Assembly: GCF_020745735.1 (NCBI RefSeq)
Contig: NC_083410.1
Coordinates: forward strand, 3,632,117 to 3,696,116
Length of the DNA stretch: 64,000 bases
DNA from: Hemiscyllium ocellatum
Taxonomy: Eukaryota
Direction of reading: 5' to 3'
Shown here in pieces: positions 12,001-27,000 of the stretch. The translations under genes and the position numbers were made by a program. The notes beneath the pieces were generated by a model. The model saw only the letters and a program-made list of their open reading frames with translations. It did no database searches and was not told the DNA's origin. How positions within the stretch are numbered: position 1 is the stretch's first letter; every line of letters starts with the position of its first letter.

Positions 12001-15000
12001 GTATCAGGTCTCAATGGGAAAGCATTTCGATGATTGCGATCACAACTCCCTGACTTTCCTATGGTCATGGAAAGGAATAGGAGAAGATGGTATGGGTAAG
12101 TATTTGATTGGGGAAGGGGAAATTATAATGCTATTAGGCAGGAACTGTGGAGCATGAATTGGGAACAGATATTCTCAGGGAAATTCACAACAGAAATGTG
12201 GAGGTTGTTTAGGGTGCACTTGCTACGAGTGCTGGACAGGATTGTCCCACTGAGGCAAGGAAGAATGAAGGAACCTTGAATGACAAGAGATCAAGAGGAA
12301 GAAGGAAGCTGACTTAAATTTGAAGAGTGTGGTGCTAGAAAAGCACAGCAGGTCAGGTGGCATCTGAGGAGCAGGAGAATCGACATTCCAGGCATAACCC
12401 TTCATCAGGAAGCAAGGATCAGATAGGGCTCTAGAAGGTTACAAGGTATCCATGTAAGAACTGAATAATGGACTTAGAAGAGGGAGAAGGAGGCATGAAA
12501 AAGCCTTGGCAGGTAAGATTAAGGAAAATCCCAAGGTGTTCTGCGTTTATGTGAGGAACAAGAGGATGGCTAGAGCAAGGGTGAGGCTGATCAAAGATAA
12601 TGGAGGGAACTTGTGCCTGGAGTCAGGTGAGATAGGGGAGCTTCTTAATGAATACTTTTCTTCAGTATTGACTAGTGAGAGGGACCTTGTCACTTGTGAT
12701 GACAGCATGAAACAGGCTGATATGCTTGAACAGTTTGATGTTAGGAAGGAGGATGTGCTGCAAATTTTGAAATACATAAGCATAGGTAAATCCTTTGGGC
12801 AAGTGGGATATTCCCGAGTACTATGGGCAGTGAGGGAAGAAATTGCTGTGCCTTTGGAAATAATCTTTGCATTCTCACTGTCTACTGGAGTAGTACTAGA
12901 TGATTGGAGGGTAGCAAATGTTATTTTGCTGTTTAAGAAAGGGAATAGGGCAACCCTGGGAATTACAGATCAGTCAATCTTATGTCAGTGATGGGAAAAT
13001 TACTGGAGAGGATTCTGAGAGATAGAATTTATGACTATTTAGGAAAGCATAGCTTGATTAGAGATGGTCAACATGCTTTGTCAGGGGCAGGTCATGCCTC
13101 ACAAGCCTTGTTGAATTCTTTGAGGTTGTGACAAAATATATTCATGAAGATAGAGCGGTGGATGTGGATGTACATGGATTTTAGTAAGGCATTTGATCAG
13201 GTTCTCCAGTGCAGGCTCATTCAGAAAGTAAAGAGACGTGAGAGGCAGGGAAACTTGGCTGTCTTGATACAGAACTTGGTTGGCACTTAGAAGACAGAAG
13301 GTGGTAGTAGATGGAAAGTATTCAGCCAGGAACTTGATGACCAGTGGTGTTCCACAGGGATCTGTTCTGGGACCACTGCTCTTTGTGATCTTTTATAAAT
13401 GACTTTGTTGAGGAAATGGAAGGGTGGGTTCATATGTTTGCCAGTGACACGCAGGTCGGTCGAGTCTTGGACAGTGTGGAGGGCTGTTGTAGGTTGCAAC
13501 AGTACATTGACAGGATGCAGAACTGGGTTGATAAGTAACAGATGGAGTTCAACCTGGAAAAGTGTGAAGTGATTTATTTCAGAAGGTTGAATTTGAACAT
13601 AGATTACAACGTTAAAGGCAGGATTCTTGGCAGTGTGGATGAACAGTGGGATCTTGGGGTCCATGTCCATACATCTCTCAAAATTGCCACCCAAGATGAT
13701 AGGGTTGTTAAGAAGGCATATGGTGTGTCGGCTTTCATTAGCAGGGGGATTGAGTTTAAGAGGCATGAGGTTATACTGCAGCTCTATAAAGCCCTGGTTA
13801 GAACATACTTGGAAGATTATGTTAAGTTCTGGCTGCCTCATTGTAGGAAGATGTGGAAGCTTTCGAGAGGTGCAGAGGAGATTTACCAGGATGCTGCCTG
13901 GAGTGTCCAACATAATTAGCTCTAGCCTCTTCTTGACGACTGCTGACAGCTTGGCTTCAGTCTTCATCCTGGCTCAGGTAGTTCCTGGGGCTTTCTCATC
14001 TGCTTGTCCCATTGTGTGGAGTGGGCAGCCAATGACAGATCAGATGTAATGCAGAGAGATGTGAGGATACTCAGATTGGATGGAGAAATAAGAGCAGTGG
14101 TGACAATTTTATTTAAAAGTGCAATTCTAATGGTTGTGCAGGAGCAGTTGGAGCTGGGAGTATACACTTTGGTTGAGATATGTAATTAAATTCAGCAGGT
14201 AATATCAGAACTACCCTTTATAGTTCTGTCACAAAAAGCAAAGGCGGAAACCTTAATTAGGATTACATAAAAATGCAGGGACTGTAAGTAACTGGAATAT
14301 GGAATTGTTTGGCCATTCCTTGATTGAAAAGGGTTTACCGCATGATCACTTGGATCTGAAAGATCAAAAGTTTGTTTCAGTTTGCCAAATTAAAATCAAT
14401 TTCAAATCAATCAAGGATTGGGATTAATTGTTAAATTGTTGAACCAATTGATTTCGAATGCAGCATAGCAACAGTTTCTGGGCTCAAGTTGCTGTGTGCA
14501 TTCACAGACCAAAAGGAGAGCAGCTCAATCAAAATATTCAAGCAGACCAAAAGCAGCAAGAAAGACCCTTGTCTTCAGATAAATGGGAAGAAAAATCCAA
14601 GTGGGACCAGCTGTTCAGTTTCTCCCTCCCAGTCAGAGAAAGACAAGGGAAAAGCTGACAAAGTCCCTTTATGAAGGACTGGTAAAGATAACATTTCCAA
14701 CATTAAGGTTTCAAACTATTTCCCATCAGAATCTGAAATACGGTCAGAAGATCTTCCATCAATGTATAACTTTCAGGAATCATTGAGGGAATTCTGAGAA
14801 GTCAAAACATTCTACCCCTGATGGGATTTCCTTGTCCCATGAGGATGGTCTTTATTTAAGCCTTTTTGTTTAAAATCCGCCCAAAACTATTTCTGCAGAG
14901 TTACCTTGCTGGTAAACGAATGTTTGTTTGAGATTAATAGGATATGGTTTAATCCCAAACAGATAAATGCTGACCACATTTCCTGCTGTTTCAAAATCAG

Positions 15001-18000
15001 TCTTGCTGATAATAAATAAGTTAGTTTTGATGTTGTTTATCAACCTACTGGATTTTAGTTTAACTTTGGACAGGAGGATAAACGAGAGACAAATTGGCTG
15101 TATTGATGGTTCCGTAACACATTTAGTACAGCTCATGGTTAAATGGGGCATGATTACTAGTGCACTTCCCCTGTTGGAGTTTAAACACTATGATGTGAGT
15201 TATGAGGCTTCTATACATTTTTAATATCATTTGGTTTGGAATTTGGATTTTGAATGAGAGACATGTTGGTTTTGGTCTCTTTGTGTTTGAGGAGATTTAA
15301 GATTTTAACTGTCAATATTTCTGCAGTTAAAACTTCTTTAAAACAACAATCTGACAGAAACAGTTCTTAGCGAGATAATGGGAATTTGTTTGCAAAGGGA
15401 GAGATTTTATAAACAGATAAAATAAACTTTGAAATTGTAAGGCTGTTTTCAGGTTGATGGCATGTCTTGTTTTTATGTGGGGGCTTGGATCAGTTAGTAA
15501 TTAGGAGATTCCCAATGCCAGGGGATACCTAGTATCAGTGAATACTCAGGGGCACTGTGTAATGACAGTGAAAGAATTGTGAGGAGTCAGGCTCAGAGAA
15601 AAGTGATTATTCTCAGGAAAGCAGTGAACAGGATGGGGAGGGAAGGAGGGACCTTTCCGGAAGATGCTGCAGTATCTGTCACCAGTCAGGGCTAGGTCAG
15701 GGACAAGGGAATACGAGACATGAGGAGATTGGAACCTCCAGTGGGGACATGGAGTGGGGACAAGGAGTGTGGACAGTCTGAGGCTGGAAGCTATAATCAG
15801 GACCTGCTCATTATTCAGGTAATGTCACTCTATTTTCTGACCTTGCTGTTTCTCCTTAAATATTTGTACTTTATTATTGAAGTTATTTAAATACGATATG
15901 CTCCAACTCCACTAGTTCAATCTTAAACCAGTTCCCTATTTAATACAGAAATTGTTTCACCTGAACTATCTCTTTGCGCAATTGTCAGCACATTGTAACT
16001 CGGAGAATTGATTCTTAAATTCTGGATGTTTTTCTCTGAAAGGTACATCTGGTCCAGTCCTTCTCCAGTCTCCGATGGTGGAACGTGTCACTGAGGGTCA
16101 CACTGCCCAGTTACAGTGCACCATGAGGAACGGAACAGTGGCAAAGACCATTGTTCACTGGTACAGACAAGAACCTGGGAGTCATATGAAGCTGTTTTTA
16201 ACACATGACAGAAATGGTTATGTAAGACGGGGCCAAGGTTCCACTGATCGATTCCAACTTTCCAGAGAGCCCTCCAGTAACAGCTTCATTCTGACTATCA
16301 CAAAAGTGCAGCCCAGTGACAGTGGAGTCTATTACTGCTCAGTCTGGGGAAGTGTCCCTGGTGGAGGAAGCCAGCTCGTTGTAAATAGTAAGTAGCGTTT
16401 CCTTTACTAACAATCACCTCCAGTAATAACCTCTTGACCAGTGAATGAATTGAAGATCAGTTTGTAATCAAGAAGATTGAAGAGGTGACAGAGAATGATC
16501 TCAGGGGTGAATTCACTGTGGGGAGGAAGCTGAGCTCAGAGTTGGCCCTCTTTGGGTTTGGCCTCAGTGGATTAGTACAGTGTGGCTGTTTGCTGAGCTG
16601 AACAGGATAGTTCATCTTCACTGTGTCCTCATGTTGGACAGACATTTAGAGAGAGTGGAAACAGCCTTGGGATGATTGGAGGAGGTGGATGGGCAGTGCA
16701 GTGATGGGGGAGATGGAAATGTTAAGCAGGTTTCTGAGGGTGAAATGATGATGGTGAAGTATTTGGGAATGGTGCCCTGGGGACAGCGCAGAGATGATCA
16801 GAGTCTGGAGGAGAAACCACTGGCGCTGGGAGGAAGCTGATGATGGGAACAATCAGTGAGTGACTTTGATAGAGCAGTGTCAGGGGCTGCAATGTATGGA
16901 GTATTTCAGCCTTGTTAAAGTGTGTCAATGGCTGGAGGTGGCGGGAAGAGAGAGGCAACATTCTGCTCTTGAGAACATGGAACATGGAATGGTAAAGCAT
17001 GGGAGCAACATAGGAGTTATCATCACTGGAATATTGATCCAGAAACCCAGCTTTGAATCCCACCATGACAGATGGTGGAATTTTGATTTAGCAAAACCTA
17101 TCTGTAACTAAGAGTCTAATGATGACCATGAACCCATTGCCAATTATCAGGAAATCCCATCTGGCTCAGTAATGTCCTTTAGGGAAGAAACTGCCATCCT
17201 TACCTGGTTTGCATTACATGTGACTCCAGACCCAAAGTAATGTGGTTGTCTATGAACTGCTGACCTAACAAGCAAAGCCCTCATCCCATAATTGAATCTT
17301 AAAAAATGGCCTTTGACTCACTGTGTCTGTGCTAGCCATGATGTCATTCTAAACTCATCCCATCATCCTGCACATGGTCTATATTCCCCTATTCTTAGCC
17401 TGTTCATGCCTCTTAAACCTTCCTGTTTTATCTCTTCTACAAACTCCCCTGGCAGCACGTTCCTTTGTGTAAAACAGATGACATCCCCTTTAAGCATTTC
17501 TTCTCTTATCTTAAACCTATGCCCCTCGTGTTTGATATTTCCACAACGTGAAAAAACATACCGACTACCCATGCCACTCATAATTTTATAAACTTCTATC
17601 AGGTCATCCTTCAGCCTCTGAAGCTCTCATGGAAACAATCCAAGTTTGTCCAGCCTTTTCTTATAGACTAATACACACCAATTCAGCCAACATCTTGGTA
17701 AACTTCTCTTGCACACTCTCCAAAGCATTCGTACCCTTCCTATAGTGTGGCAACAAGAACTGCACACATTATTCCAAATGTGGTGAAAGTAAAGCTTTAC
17801 CCAGATGAAATATGACTTGCCAACTTTTATATTCAGTGCCCCGACTGATGAAAGCAAGCTTGCTGTATGTTTTCTTTACCACCTTAACTACTTGTGTTAT
17901 CCCCTTGTCATCCTCCTGAAGGAGCATCGCACTAACACCCACATCACTGGCATCGATAGCCACCTTGAAAGGCTTCATGTAATCCAGTGTGGCTAATACT

Positions 18001-21000
18001 GGGACAGTGGTTAACCCAGTTTTAAGGCTGTCAAATGCCTTTTGATAGTCTGCTGTCCACTGAAACTTCTTGCCCTTTTTTAACAATCCACTGAGTGGAG
18101 CAACCACACTGCTAAAGTTCAGAACCATCGTTCGGTAAAATCCACTCAATCCCAGGAACTGTAGTACTACTTCTTGTGTTAAAGGTGTAAGAAATTCCCC
18201 AATTACTTTCATTTTAGCATCCCATGGGACTTTTTGTCCATGTCCAGTGACATGGCCCAGGAAGGTGACTTGGGCTTTGGCAAATTCACTTTTAGCTCCG
18301 TGCAACACCAAGCCTGCCTTCTGAAGTCAATCGAGCAAGTCTAATACATGATGTAAATGTTTCTTCTGTGGGTGACCAAAAATCACCAGGTCATCAATAT
18401 ACACCACACAGAAGAGTAATCTGGCAAAGACCTTATGAGTTAATCTCTGAAATGTGCCTGGAACATTTTTCACACCAAATGGCACAACTTTGAATGGATG
18501 TAGTCCATTTGGTGTTACGAAAACCAAAATTACTTTTGCTGTCTGTGACAGAGGTACTTGCCAGTAGCCTCTGAGCAAGACCAACTTAACTTGTTTGTCC
18601 CACTTTTTCTACATAGTCCTCCAATCACTGAATTGGATATGCATCAGCCTTTGTAATAGCGCTTTGTGATAGTCCACACATAACCACTGCGTACCATTTG
18701 GCTTTGGCACCATTTCTATGAGTGAGTTCCAGTCACTGTAACTCACTTCAATTATGCCATCTTGGACAATGCGCTCTATGTCCTTTTGAACCTGTGCCAA
18801 CTTTAGAGGGTAATGACAATAAGGATGTTGCTTAATCGGAACAGCATCTCCTATATCTACATCTTGCACAATTAGATCAATACAAATCTCCCCATGTGAT
18901 AATAATAACTCAAGTCATTTTGATTTTCTTGTGGACGGTATCTCAATAATTTATCCAAATTTTTGACAACTTCCTCATTGTCCAATTTGATTTGAGGAAT
19001 AGGGTGTAGGTTTGCTCACTGAGCTGTAGGTTTGATATGTAGACGTTTCATTATCTGGCTAGGTAACATCGTCAGTGGCAACCTCCTAGTGAAGCCTGGA
19101 CATTTGAGGAATGTCCAATTCAGAATCCTCTGAACCTGGTTCTTCCTTCTGTGCTGTAATCATGAACATCATCTCCTCTTGCTTTCCTTCCCTATCAAAA
19201 TACCTTTTGAGCATATTCATGTGACACATTCTATGGGATTTCTTCCTGTCTGGAGTCTCTCAAATAGTTCACCTCACTTAATTTCTTCTCCCTTTGATAT
19301 GATCCACTAAACATTGCTTTTCAAGGCTCACCTGTTACTGGAAGTATCCCCAGTTGCAAAATTGTGAATTTTTGATTTCTTATCAGCTTCCTGTTTCATT
19401 GTATGCTGGGACACTTTTAAATCTGCGAGCCAACTCACCAGCTCTAACATTTGACACATAGTCTAAATGGGTGGTCTCTGAATTCTGACTGATTAATCTC
19501 TTCTTAATCAATTTTAATGGTCCTTTTACTTCATGCTCAATAATTAATTCAACTGGACTGAATTTGGTCAGTTTAGTCGGTGCACCTCTGATCGCAAAAA
19601 GTACAAATGGAACTCCTTTATCCCAATCATCTGGATAATCCTGACCATAAGCCCTTAACATGGTCTTTAGTGTTTGAGGCCATCTTCAAGCACTCCCTGC
19701 AATTCTGGATTGCATGCAGTAGATGTCAATTGTTTTATTCCCAAGTTATCTATAACCTCCTTGAATACTTTGGATGTTAAGTTTGATCCTTGATCTGACT
19801 GGATCTTCATTGGTAATCAGTGTCTAGTAAAAAAAATTAAGTAATTCTTCTACAACCCTTTTAGCTGTGATGTTGCATGATGGGGTTAGCTCTGGAAATC
19901 TAGTAATAAATCTAGTTTATTAACATCATTATTGTTAATAAATACTTGATCCCACTTTTTGTTTGAGGTAGGGGACCTATGCAATCAACCAAGACATTTG
20001 TGAAAGGTTCCTAAAATGCTGGAATAGGTATTAAAGGAACAGGTTTTATTAGTGCCTATGGTTTTCCGGTTAGCTGACATGTATGACACTTCTCGCAAAA
20101 TTCAACAACATCCTTGTGTTGTCCAGACCAGTAAAAAATGTCTATATATTTTAGCCTGTGTTTTCCTCGCTCTTAAATGACCTCCAAGTGGTAGCTCATG
20201 TGCCATTCGCAGCACATCCTTTCTATATCCAACTGGCAAAACAATTTGATGAATTTCTGCCTATTTCTCATCTGCTTGAATGTGTGATGGTCTCAAGTTC
20301 CTCATTAAGATATCATTTGTTAAGTAATAACACACAGAGATGCATTCACTCTTCTTCTCTGTATTTGCATTTTGATTAAACTGTTTTAACTTCTCATTTT
20401 TCTGCTGTTACTCAATCAGCTTAGCAGAGTTAAAGATACATGCAAATTTACCTAGTTGCTCCTGCTCTGTCCCACTCATCTGATCAAAAAAATCTCGGAT
20501 AAAGCTATGTCAGTTTCCTTATCTGTGCCTTTTCATCTCTCCTGCTTCAACTTGTGCTTCTGTGATCTTATGAGTTTACAATCTGGGAAAACTCCTGCAT
20601 AAAGGTCCTTCTTTTCTTCATGATTTGGAGATGCCGGTGTTGGACTGGGGTGTACACAGTTAAAAATCACACAACACCAGGTTATAGTCCAATCTGTTGG
20701 ACTATAACCTGGTGTTGTTTGATTTTTAACTTCTTTTCTTCAGTTGCCTGCGTCTCCACTGGTGTTTCAGCTAGAGTAGGCAGTACTCCTACAGGTGAAT
20801 CATTCGCAAGGACAAATTGTATTCCTGGCACTGAGAGTTTGTCCAGTACTTCTACGAGAAATTCTCCACTCTTCTTTGGACTCTCACTACATAATTGAGC
20901 ACTTTTTGTCTCACTATGAATTCCTGTTACCAGTACCCTTTCTGGCAATAGTACCTCAGGAGTAAATATCTTCTCATCCTTCAGCATTACAGACTGAGAA

Positions 21001-24000
21001 GATCCTATGTCCCTTAATATTGTAACCTCTTTACCTGCTACTCCTAGCCTATGAGAATAAACTTTACCCTTGCATGTCTATTTTTTAAGCAGATCTGGCA
21101 CTTCCTTTTTAATCAACCTCTGATCATCTCGTACACTCAGAGGCATTTGTCTAACTTCCCTTGTGTGAATTTTTACTAGTCCAACAAAACTCCCACGCTT
21201 GCCTGGTTTTCATACATGTGGCTTTCTCCTTTAGCCCACCAACACTGTGATTTTCTGTGGCTTACTTTATTACAATGAAAACACTGGAGCTTTTTAACTT
21301 TGTCCCCTTCAAGCGTTTCTTTTTCACCCTGTAGTAAGTTATCTTCATGATCTTCACTGAGATCTACCTTTCCCTTTTCACGTGAGGATCTCTCTTTGCC
21401 CCAGTTTCTATCCCTCATGGACTGAAATTGATTCTGGAAGCCAAAGCAAGTTTTATGGACCAGATCATAATTATCAGCCCCTTCAGCTGCTAATCTAAAG
21501 AAAAAATGCTGGGAAATCTCAGCAGGTCTAGCAGCACCTGGAAGGAGAGAAAAGAGCTGCTAACCTTGCTGTTTTAACTCTCTGCTCTTCCACATGAGAT
21601 TGCACTACGTCATGCAGTGAATTTTTGAATTCCTCCAAAATAAATACCTCTCTAAGGGCATCATATATTTGCTTGATTTTTAAAGGTCTTATCCATCTAT
21701 CAAAATTACTCTGTGTGATCCTTTCAAACCCATTATATGTTTTGACCAGGGTTCCTCCCTAGATTACTGAATCATTGTCTATGTTCTTCTGGTACAAGCT
21801 CATATGCACATAAAATGGCCTTTTTCACCTCCTCATACTCCCTAGATACCTCCTCTGATGTGATGCAAATACCTCACTAGCCCTACCTATAAGTTTTGTT
21901 TGGATCAACAAAACCCACATTGCCATTGACCACTGCATTTGTTTAGCCACCTTTTCAAATGAGATGAAAAAGGCTTACACATTCTTCTCATCAAAGTTAG
22001 GCAATGCTTGAACATAGTTAAACAGTTTCTCTCTGGGCTTCTGACTCTCAGGGGCTTGCTCATCCTTACTCTCTTCCTCACTAAGCCTACCTTCAGCCTT
22101 TATCTCCAGCCTCTTAAGGTGACTTTCCTTTTTAAGTGTCAGCTTTTGAAGTTCAAATGCTCTCTCTTTTTCTTTCTCTTCTGCTACTCTCTCTTTTCCC
22201 CTCTCTTCTGTTTTCAATCATAACTTAAACTGTTTCATTTATGCTGTCTTTTCCTTATCTCTTATCTCTCACTTAAGCTGCTGCACTTGCATCTCTATCA
22301 ATTCTGATGGTTTCTCCAGCAAGTTTATATGTTGAGATACTGTGCTGAAATTATCTCTCCTTTCCTCACAGAAGCAGGCAGGTCCAATTCCAGCTTCTCT
22401 GTTAATTCCTGCAGCTTACTCTTCTTCATCTTTCGCAAAATTTCCAAAGTCACCGCATCCACTTCCAGAAAACTTTTGGTGATTAAAAGAGCCTTTACTA
22501 TCCCAAGCTTTGTCTATCCAACCAAACCAACACCCAAATTAAAGACACTAGTACCTACCATTCGCTGTTTGAAATCCTGCAAAGAGCCCCCAATCTGTTA
22601 TGAACTAAGCCAGAGCACTCAAAACATTCTAAAGCAGACAGCCCAAACCATAACTTTGTAGTTTGTTTTGGTAAGTGTACAGTGAAAATTACCTGAAGTA
22701 AGTTAGCTGGGTTGACTACCAGGTTTTAAAACAGACAAAAAATTATTCACAAAATTGCACAGTGAAACTCAGAGAACAGAATAAAGAACACCTACAGAAC
22801 TCAATTTATCCAATCTTGACCTAATTATGCTGTTCTAAATGTACACAACAGTCCCAATAAGCAAACCACCTTAAAAACAGTAAAAATGGGACATATGCTC
22901 ACAGGTTGAAGTTAAAAGGGCAGATAGAGAGAGAGAGTTTTGCAGCCTGTTCCCACATTGCTGAAATCCCAATTAGTTCTGGACTGAACTGCTCAGCTAG
23001 AGAGCTGAGCCCTCCCTTTCATTATACAGGTCACTTCTAAAGCATGACCAAAGTTTCATCTGTTGACATAAACAAAAAGGCCTCTCAATAACCTTTAATC
23101 TCTGTACCAAGCCAGTCATATCAGAACTGGGAGCTGTTTATGACCCCTCTGAAAAAAAACTAAGGACACAGTATCCATGAGAAATGGAGCAGCTTTTAGA
23201 TAAAAAAAGACAAGCTTTGTCACACTGAGAACCTTAAGCAGTCTGAATTTATGAAAACATTTTTTCAATGATTTTATATTGCTTTATTTCTCTGAGTAGA
23301 TGCTAAGGAAGGATGTGCTGGCATTGGAGGGGGTCCTGAGGATGTTCACATGAATGATCACAGTGATAAAGGGTTTGTCATATGAGGAATGGTTGAGGAC
23401 TCAGTCTGAGCTCGGTGGAGTTTCGAAGGATGAAGGGGGATCTTATAAAAACTTACAGAATACTGGGAGGCCTGTATGGAGTGGAAGTGGAGAAACTTTT
23501 TCCACCAGTAGAGTGGCTATGGCCTGACAGCACATGGGTCAATGGGCTGAGAAGTGGTAGATGGAGATTGTTGCAGCTGTACAGGACATTGGTTAGGCCA
23601 CTGTTGGAATATTGCGTGCAATTCTGGTCTCCTTCCTATCAGAAAAATGTTGTGAAACTTGAAAGGGTTCAGAAAAGATTTACAAGGATGTTGCTAGAGT
23701 TGGAGGATTTGAGCTATAGGGAGAGGCTGAACAGGCTGGGGCTGTTTTCCTTGGAGTGTCGGAGGCTGAGGGGTGACCTTAAAGAGGTTTACAAAATTAT
23801 GAGGGGCATGAATAGGGTAAATAGGCAAAGTCTTTTCCCTGGGCTCGGGGAGTCCAGAACTAGAGGGTATGGGTTTAGGGTGAGAGGGGAAAGATATAAA
23901 AGAGACCTAAGGGGCAACTTTTTCACGCAGAGGGTGATACGTGTATGGAATGAGCTGCCAGAGGAAGTGGTGGAGGCTGGTACAATTGCAACATTTAAGA

Positions 24001-27000
24001 GGCATTTGGATGGGTTTATGAATAGGAAGGGTTTGGAGGGATATGGGCTGGGTGCTGGCAGATGAGACTAGATTAGGTTGGGATATCTGGTCGGCATGGA
24101 CAGGTTGGACTGAAGGGTCTGTTTCCATGCTACATATCTCTATGACTCTATGGTGAATCTGTGGAACTCATAGACACAGAGGACTGTGAAGGTGAAGTCA
24201 TTGAGTGTGTTGAAGACAATGATAGGTTCTTGATCAATAAGGGGATCAAGTATTACACGAAAAAGGCAGGAAAATGGGATTGAGAAACATATCAACCCTG
24301 ATTGAATGGGAAAACAGACTTGACAGATTATAGAACATAGAACACAGAAAAGCACAGCACAGAACAGGCCCTTTGGCTCACGATGTTGTGCCGAGGTGTT
24401 ATCCTAATGTAAAATATAATAACTTAACCTACGAACCTTTCAACTCACTGCTATCCATGTGCATGTCCAGCAGTCGCATAAATGTCCCTAATGACTCTGC
24501 TTCCATCACCACCACTGGCAACGCATTCCATGGTAGGTAAATGGCCTAATTCTGCTTCTTTATCTGATAGTCTGATGGTCTAAAATCTTTTGTTTATTTT
24601 AAATAATTAATCCATTGATTCACCCTTCCAATCTGTCCTTTCTCATTTACTCTAAATTGGAGTTCTTCAGAAAGTTCAGACTAGTTTTAATTTATTCAAA
24701 CTTTTTACCCTAAAGGTACAAATGTCCCTGTCCTTCTCCAGTCTCCAATCCTGGAACATGTCACTGAGGGTCAAACTGCCCAGTTACAGTGCACCATGAG
24801 GAATGCTGCAGTGACACTCGCTGATGTTCACTGGCACCGGGAGCAGCCAGGGAACAGCACGGAGTGGGTTTTAACATATGATGTGAGGAACATCACACAA
24901 TGGAGCCCAGGATTCGCTGAGCGCTTCCAATCTTCCAGAAGCCTCTCCAATAACAGCTACATTTTGACCATCACAAACACGCAGCCCAGTGACACTGGGT
25001 TCTATTACTGTAAAGTGTGGGGAGATATCAGTGGGAATCGAACCCAGCTGATTGTAAGAGGTAAGTCCTGTTTATCAACAATAGTTTGATACAGTAACCA
25101 CTTCCACGTGGATTTATTGGAGAGAGGAATGTGTTAAATTCCTCTGCTGTTAAGAAGGCATATGGTGTTGGTTTCATTTGTAGAGGGATTGAGCTCCAGA
25201 ACCGTAATATCATGCTGCAACTACATGATATTGTAAATGCTGCTGCAGCCGCACTTGGAATATTGTGTACAGGAAGGATGTGGAAGCATTGGAACAGATG
25301 CAGAGGAGAATTACCAGGATGTTGCCTGGTCTGGAGGGAAGGTTTTACGAGGGAAGGCTGAGAGACTTGGTTCTCATTGGGAAGAAGAAGGCTAAGGGGG
25401 AATTTGATAGAGACATACAAGATGATCATGGAATAGATAGGGTAGACAGTGAAAGACTTTTTCCTAGGATGGGTACATCAGCTTGTATGAGAGGGCACAA
25501 CTACAAATTGAGGGTTTGATCGATTTAAGACAGATGTTAGAGGCAGGTTCTTTGCACAGAGAGTGGTAAGGGCATGGAATGCCCTACCTGCTAATGTAGT
25601 CAACTCAGCCACATTAGGGAGATTTAGACAATCCTTAGATAAGCACATGGATGATTTTGGGATAGTGTAGGGGGACGAGCTGAGAATAGTTTCCAGGTCG
25701 GCGCAATATCGAGGGCCGAAAGGCCTGTTCTCTCTGTTCTAAAGAGAAAGCAGAGGGCTTGATATAAACGTAGAACAGGCACATTCTCTTGTTTTTCTCA
25801 CAGGTAGATTACTTACAGTGTGGAAACAGGCCCTTTGGCCCAACAAGTCCACACTGACCCGCCGAAGCTCAACCCACCCATACCCCTACATTTACCCCTT
25901 ATTTAACACTATGGGCAATTTATCATGGCCAATTCACCTGACCTGCACATCTTTGGACTGTGGGGGGAAACCGGAACACCCGGAGGAAACCCACGCAGAC
26001 AGGGGGAGAACGTGCAAACTCCACACAGTCAGTCGCCTGAGGTGGGAATTGAACCCGGGTCTCTGGTGCTGTGAGGCAGCAGTGCTAACCACTGTGCTGC
26101 CCACAATAGAATAAACTGTTTCCCAACTTGGACATGTTCCTCAATGCTGAAAATGTGTTGCTGGTTAAAGCACAGCAGGTTAGGCAGCATCCAAGGAATA
26201 GGAAATTCGACGTGTCGGGCATAAGCCCTTCATCAGGAATGAGGAGAGTGTGCCAAGCAGGCTAAGATAAAAGGTAGGGAGGAGGGACTTGGGGGAGGGG
26301 CGATGGAGATGTGATAGGTGGAAGGAGGTCAAGGTGAGGGTGATAGGCTGGAGTGGGGTGGGGGCGGAGAGGTCAGGAAGAAGATTGCAGGTTAGGAGGG
26401 CGGTGCTGAGTTGAGGGAACCAACTGAGACAAGGTGGGGGGAGGGGAAATGAGGAAACTGGAGAAATCTGAGTTCATTCCTTGTGGTTGGAGGGTTCCCA
26501 GGCGGAAGATGAGGCGATCCTCCTCCAGCCGTCGTGTTGTTATGTTCTGCCGGTGGAGGAGTCCAAGGACCTGCATGTCCTCGGTGGAGTGGGAGGGAGA
26601 GTTAAAGTGTTGAGCCACGGGGTGGTTGGGTTGGTTGGTCCGGGCGTCCCAGAGGTGTCCCAAGTAAACGGCCCATCTCCCCAATATAGAGGAGGCCACA
26701 TCGGGTGCAGCGGATGCAATAGATGATGTGTGTGGAGGTACAGGTGAACTTGTGGCGGATATGGAAGGATCCCTTGGGGCCTTGGAGGGAAGTGAGGGAG
26801 GAGGTGTGGGCGCAAGTTTTACATTTCCTGCGGTTGCAGGGGAAGGCGCCGGGAGTGGAGGTTGGGTTGGTGGGAGGTGTGGACCTGACGAGAGAGTCAC
26901 GAAGGGAGTGGTCTTTGCGGAACGCTGATAGGGGAGGGGAGGGAAATATATCCCTGGTGGTGGGGTCTGTTTAGAGGTGGCGGAAATGACGGCAGATGAT

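Larger units (their letters stand above)
11000..13910 (+). mobile_element. CR1 LINE ORF2 (APE to RT), decayed, with nested SINE and Penelope-end fragments
   Basis: ORF 12506..12991 IKENPKVF...[15 protein letters not shown] and ORF 13542..13919 [11 protein letters not shown]...[11 protein letters not shown] are CR1 ORF2-like. Confidence 0.85.

Noticed and set aside
13287-13967. 226-aa minus-strand ORF as a novel gene
   Set aside because: It is antisense to CR1 RT sequence; similar shadow ORFs occur at 55817..56299 and 54024..54530.
14220-15360. Possible solo LTRs here and at about 28690-29360, 37615-38402 and 50990-51900
   Set aside because: They have an LTR-like composition and some TG/CA ends, but I could not establish TSDs or clear homology by eye.
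17769-18311. 180-aa ORF as an intact pol domain or fusion protein
   Set aside because: It is a chance in-frame junction of Gypsy RNase H with an adjacent CR1 fragment at about 17900.
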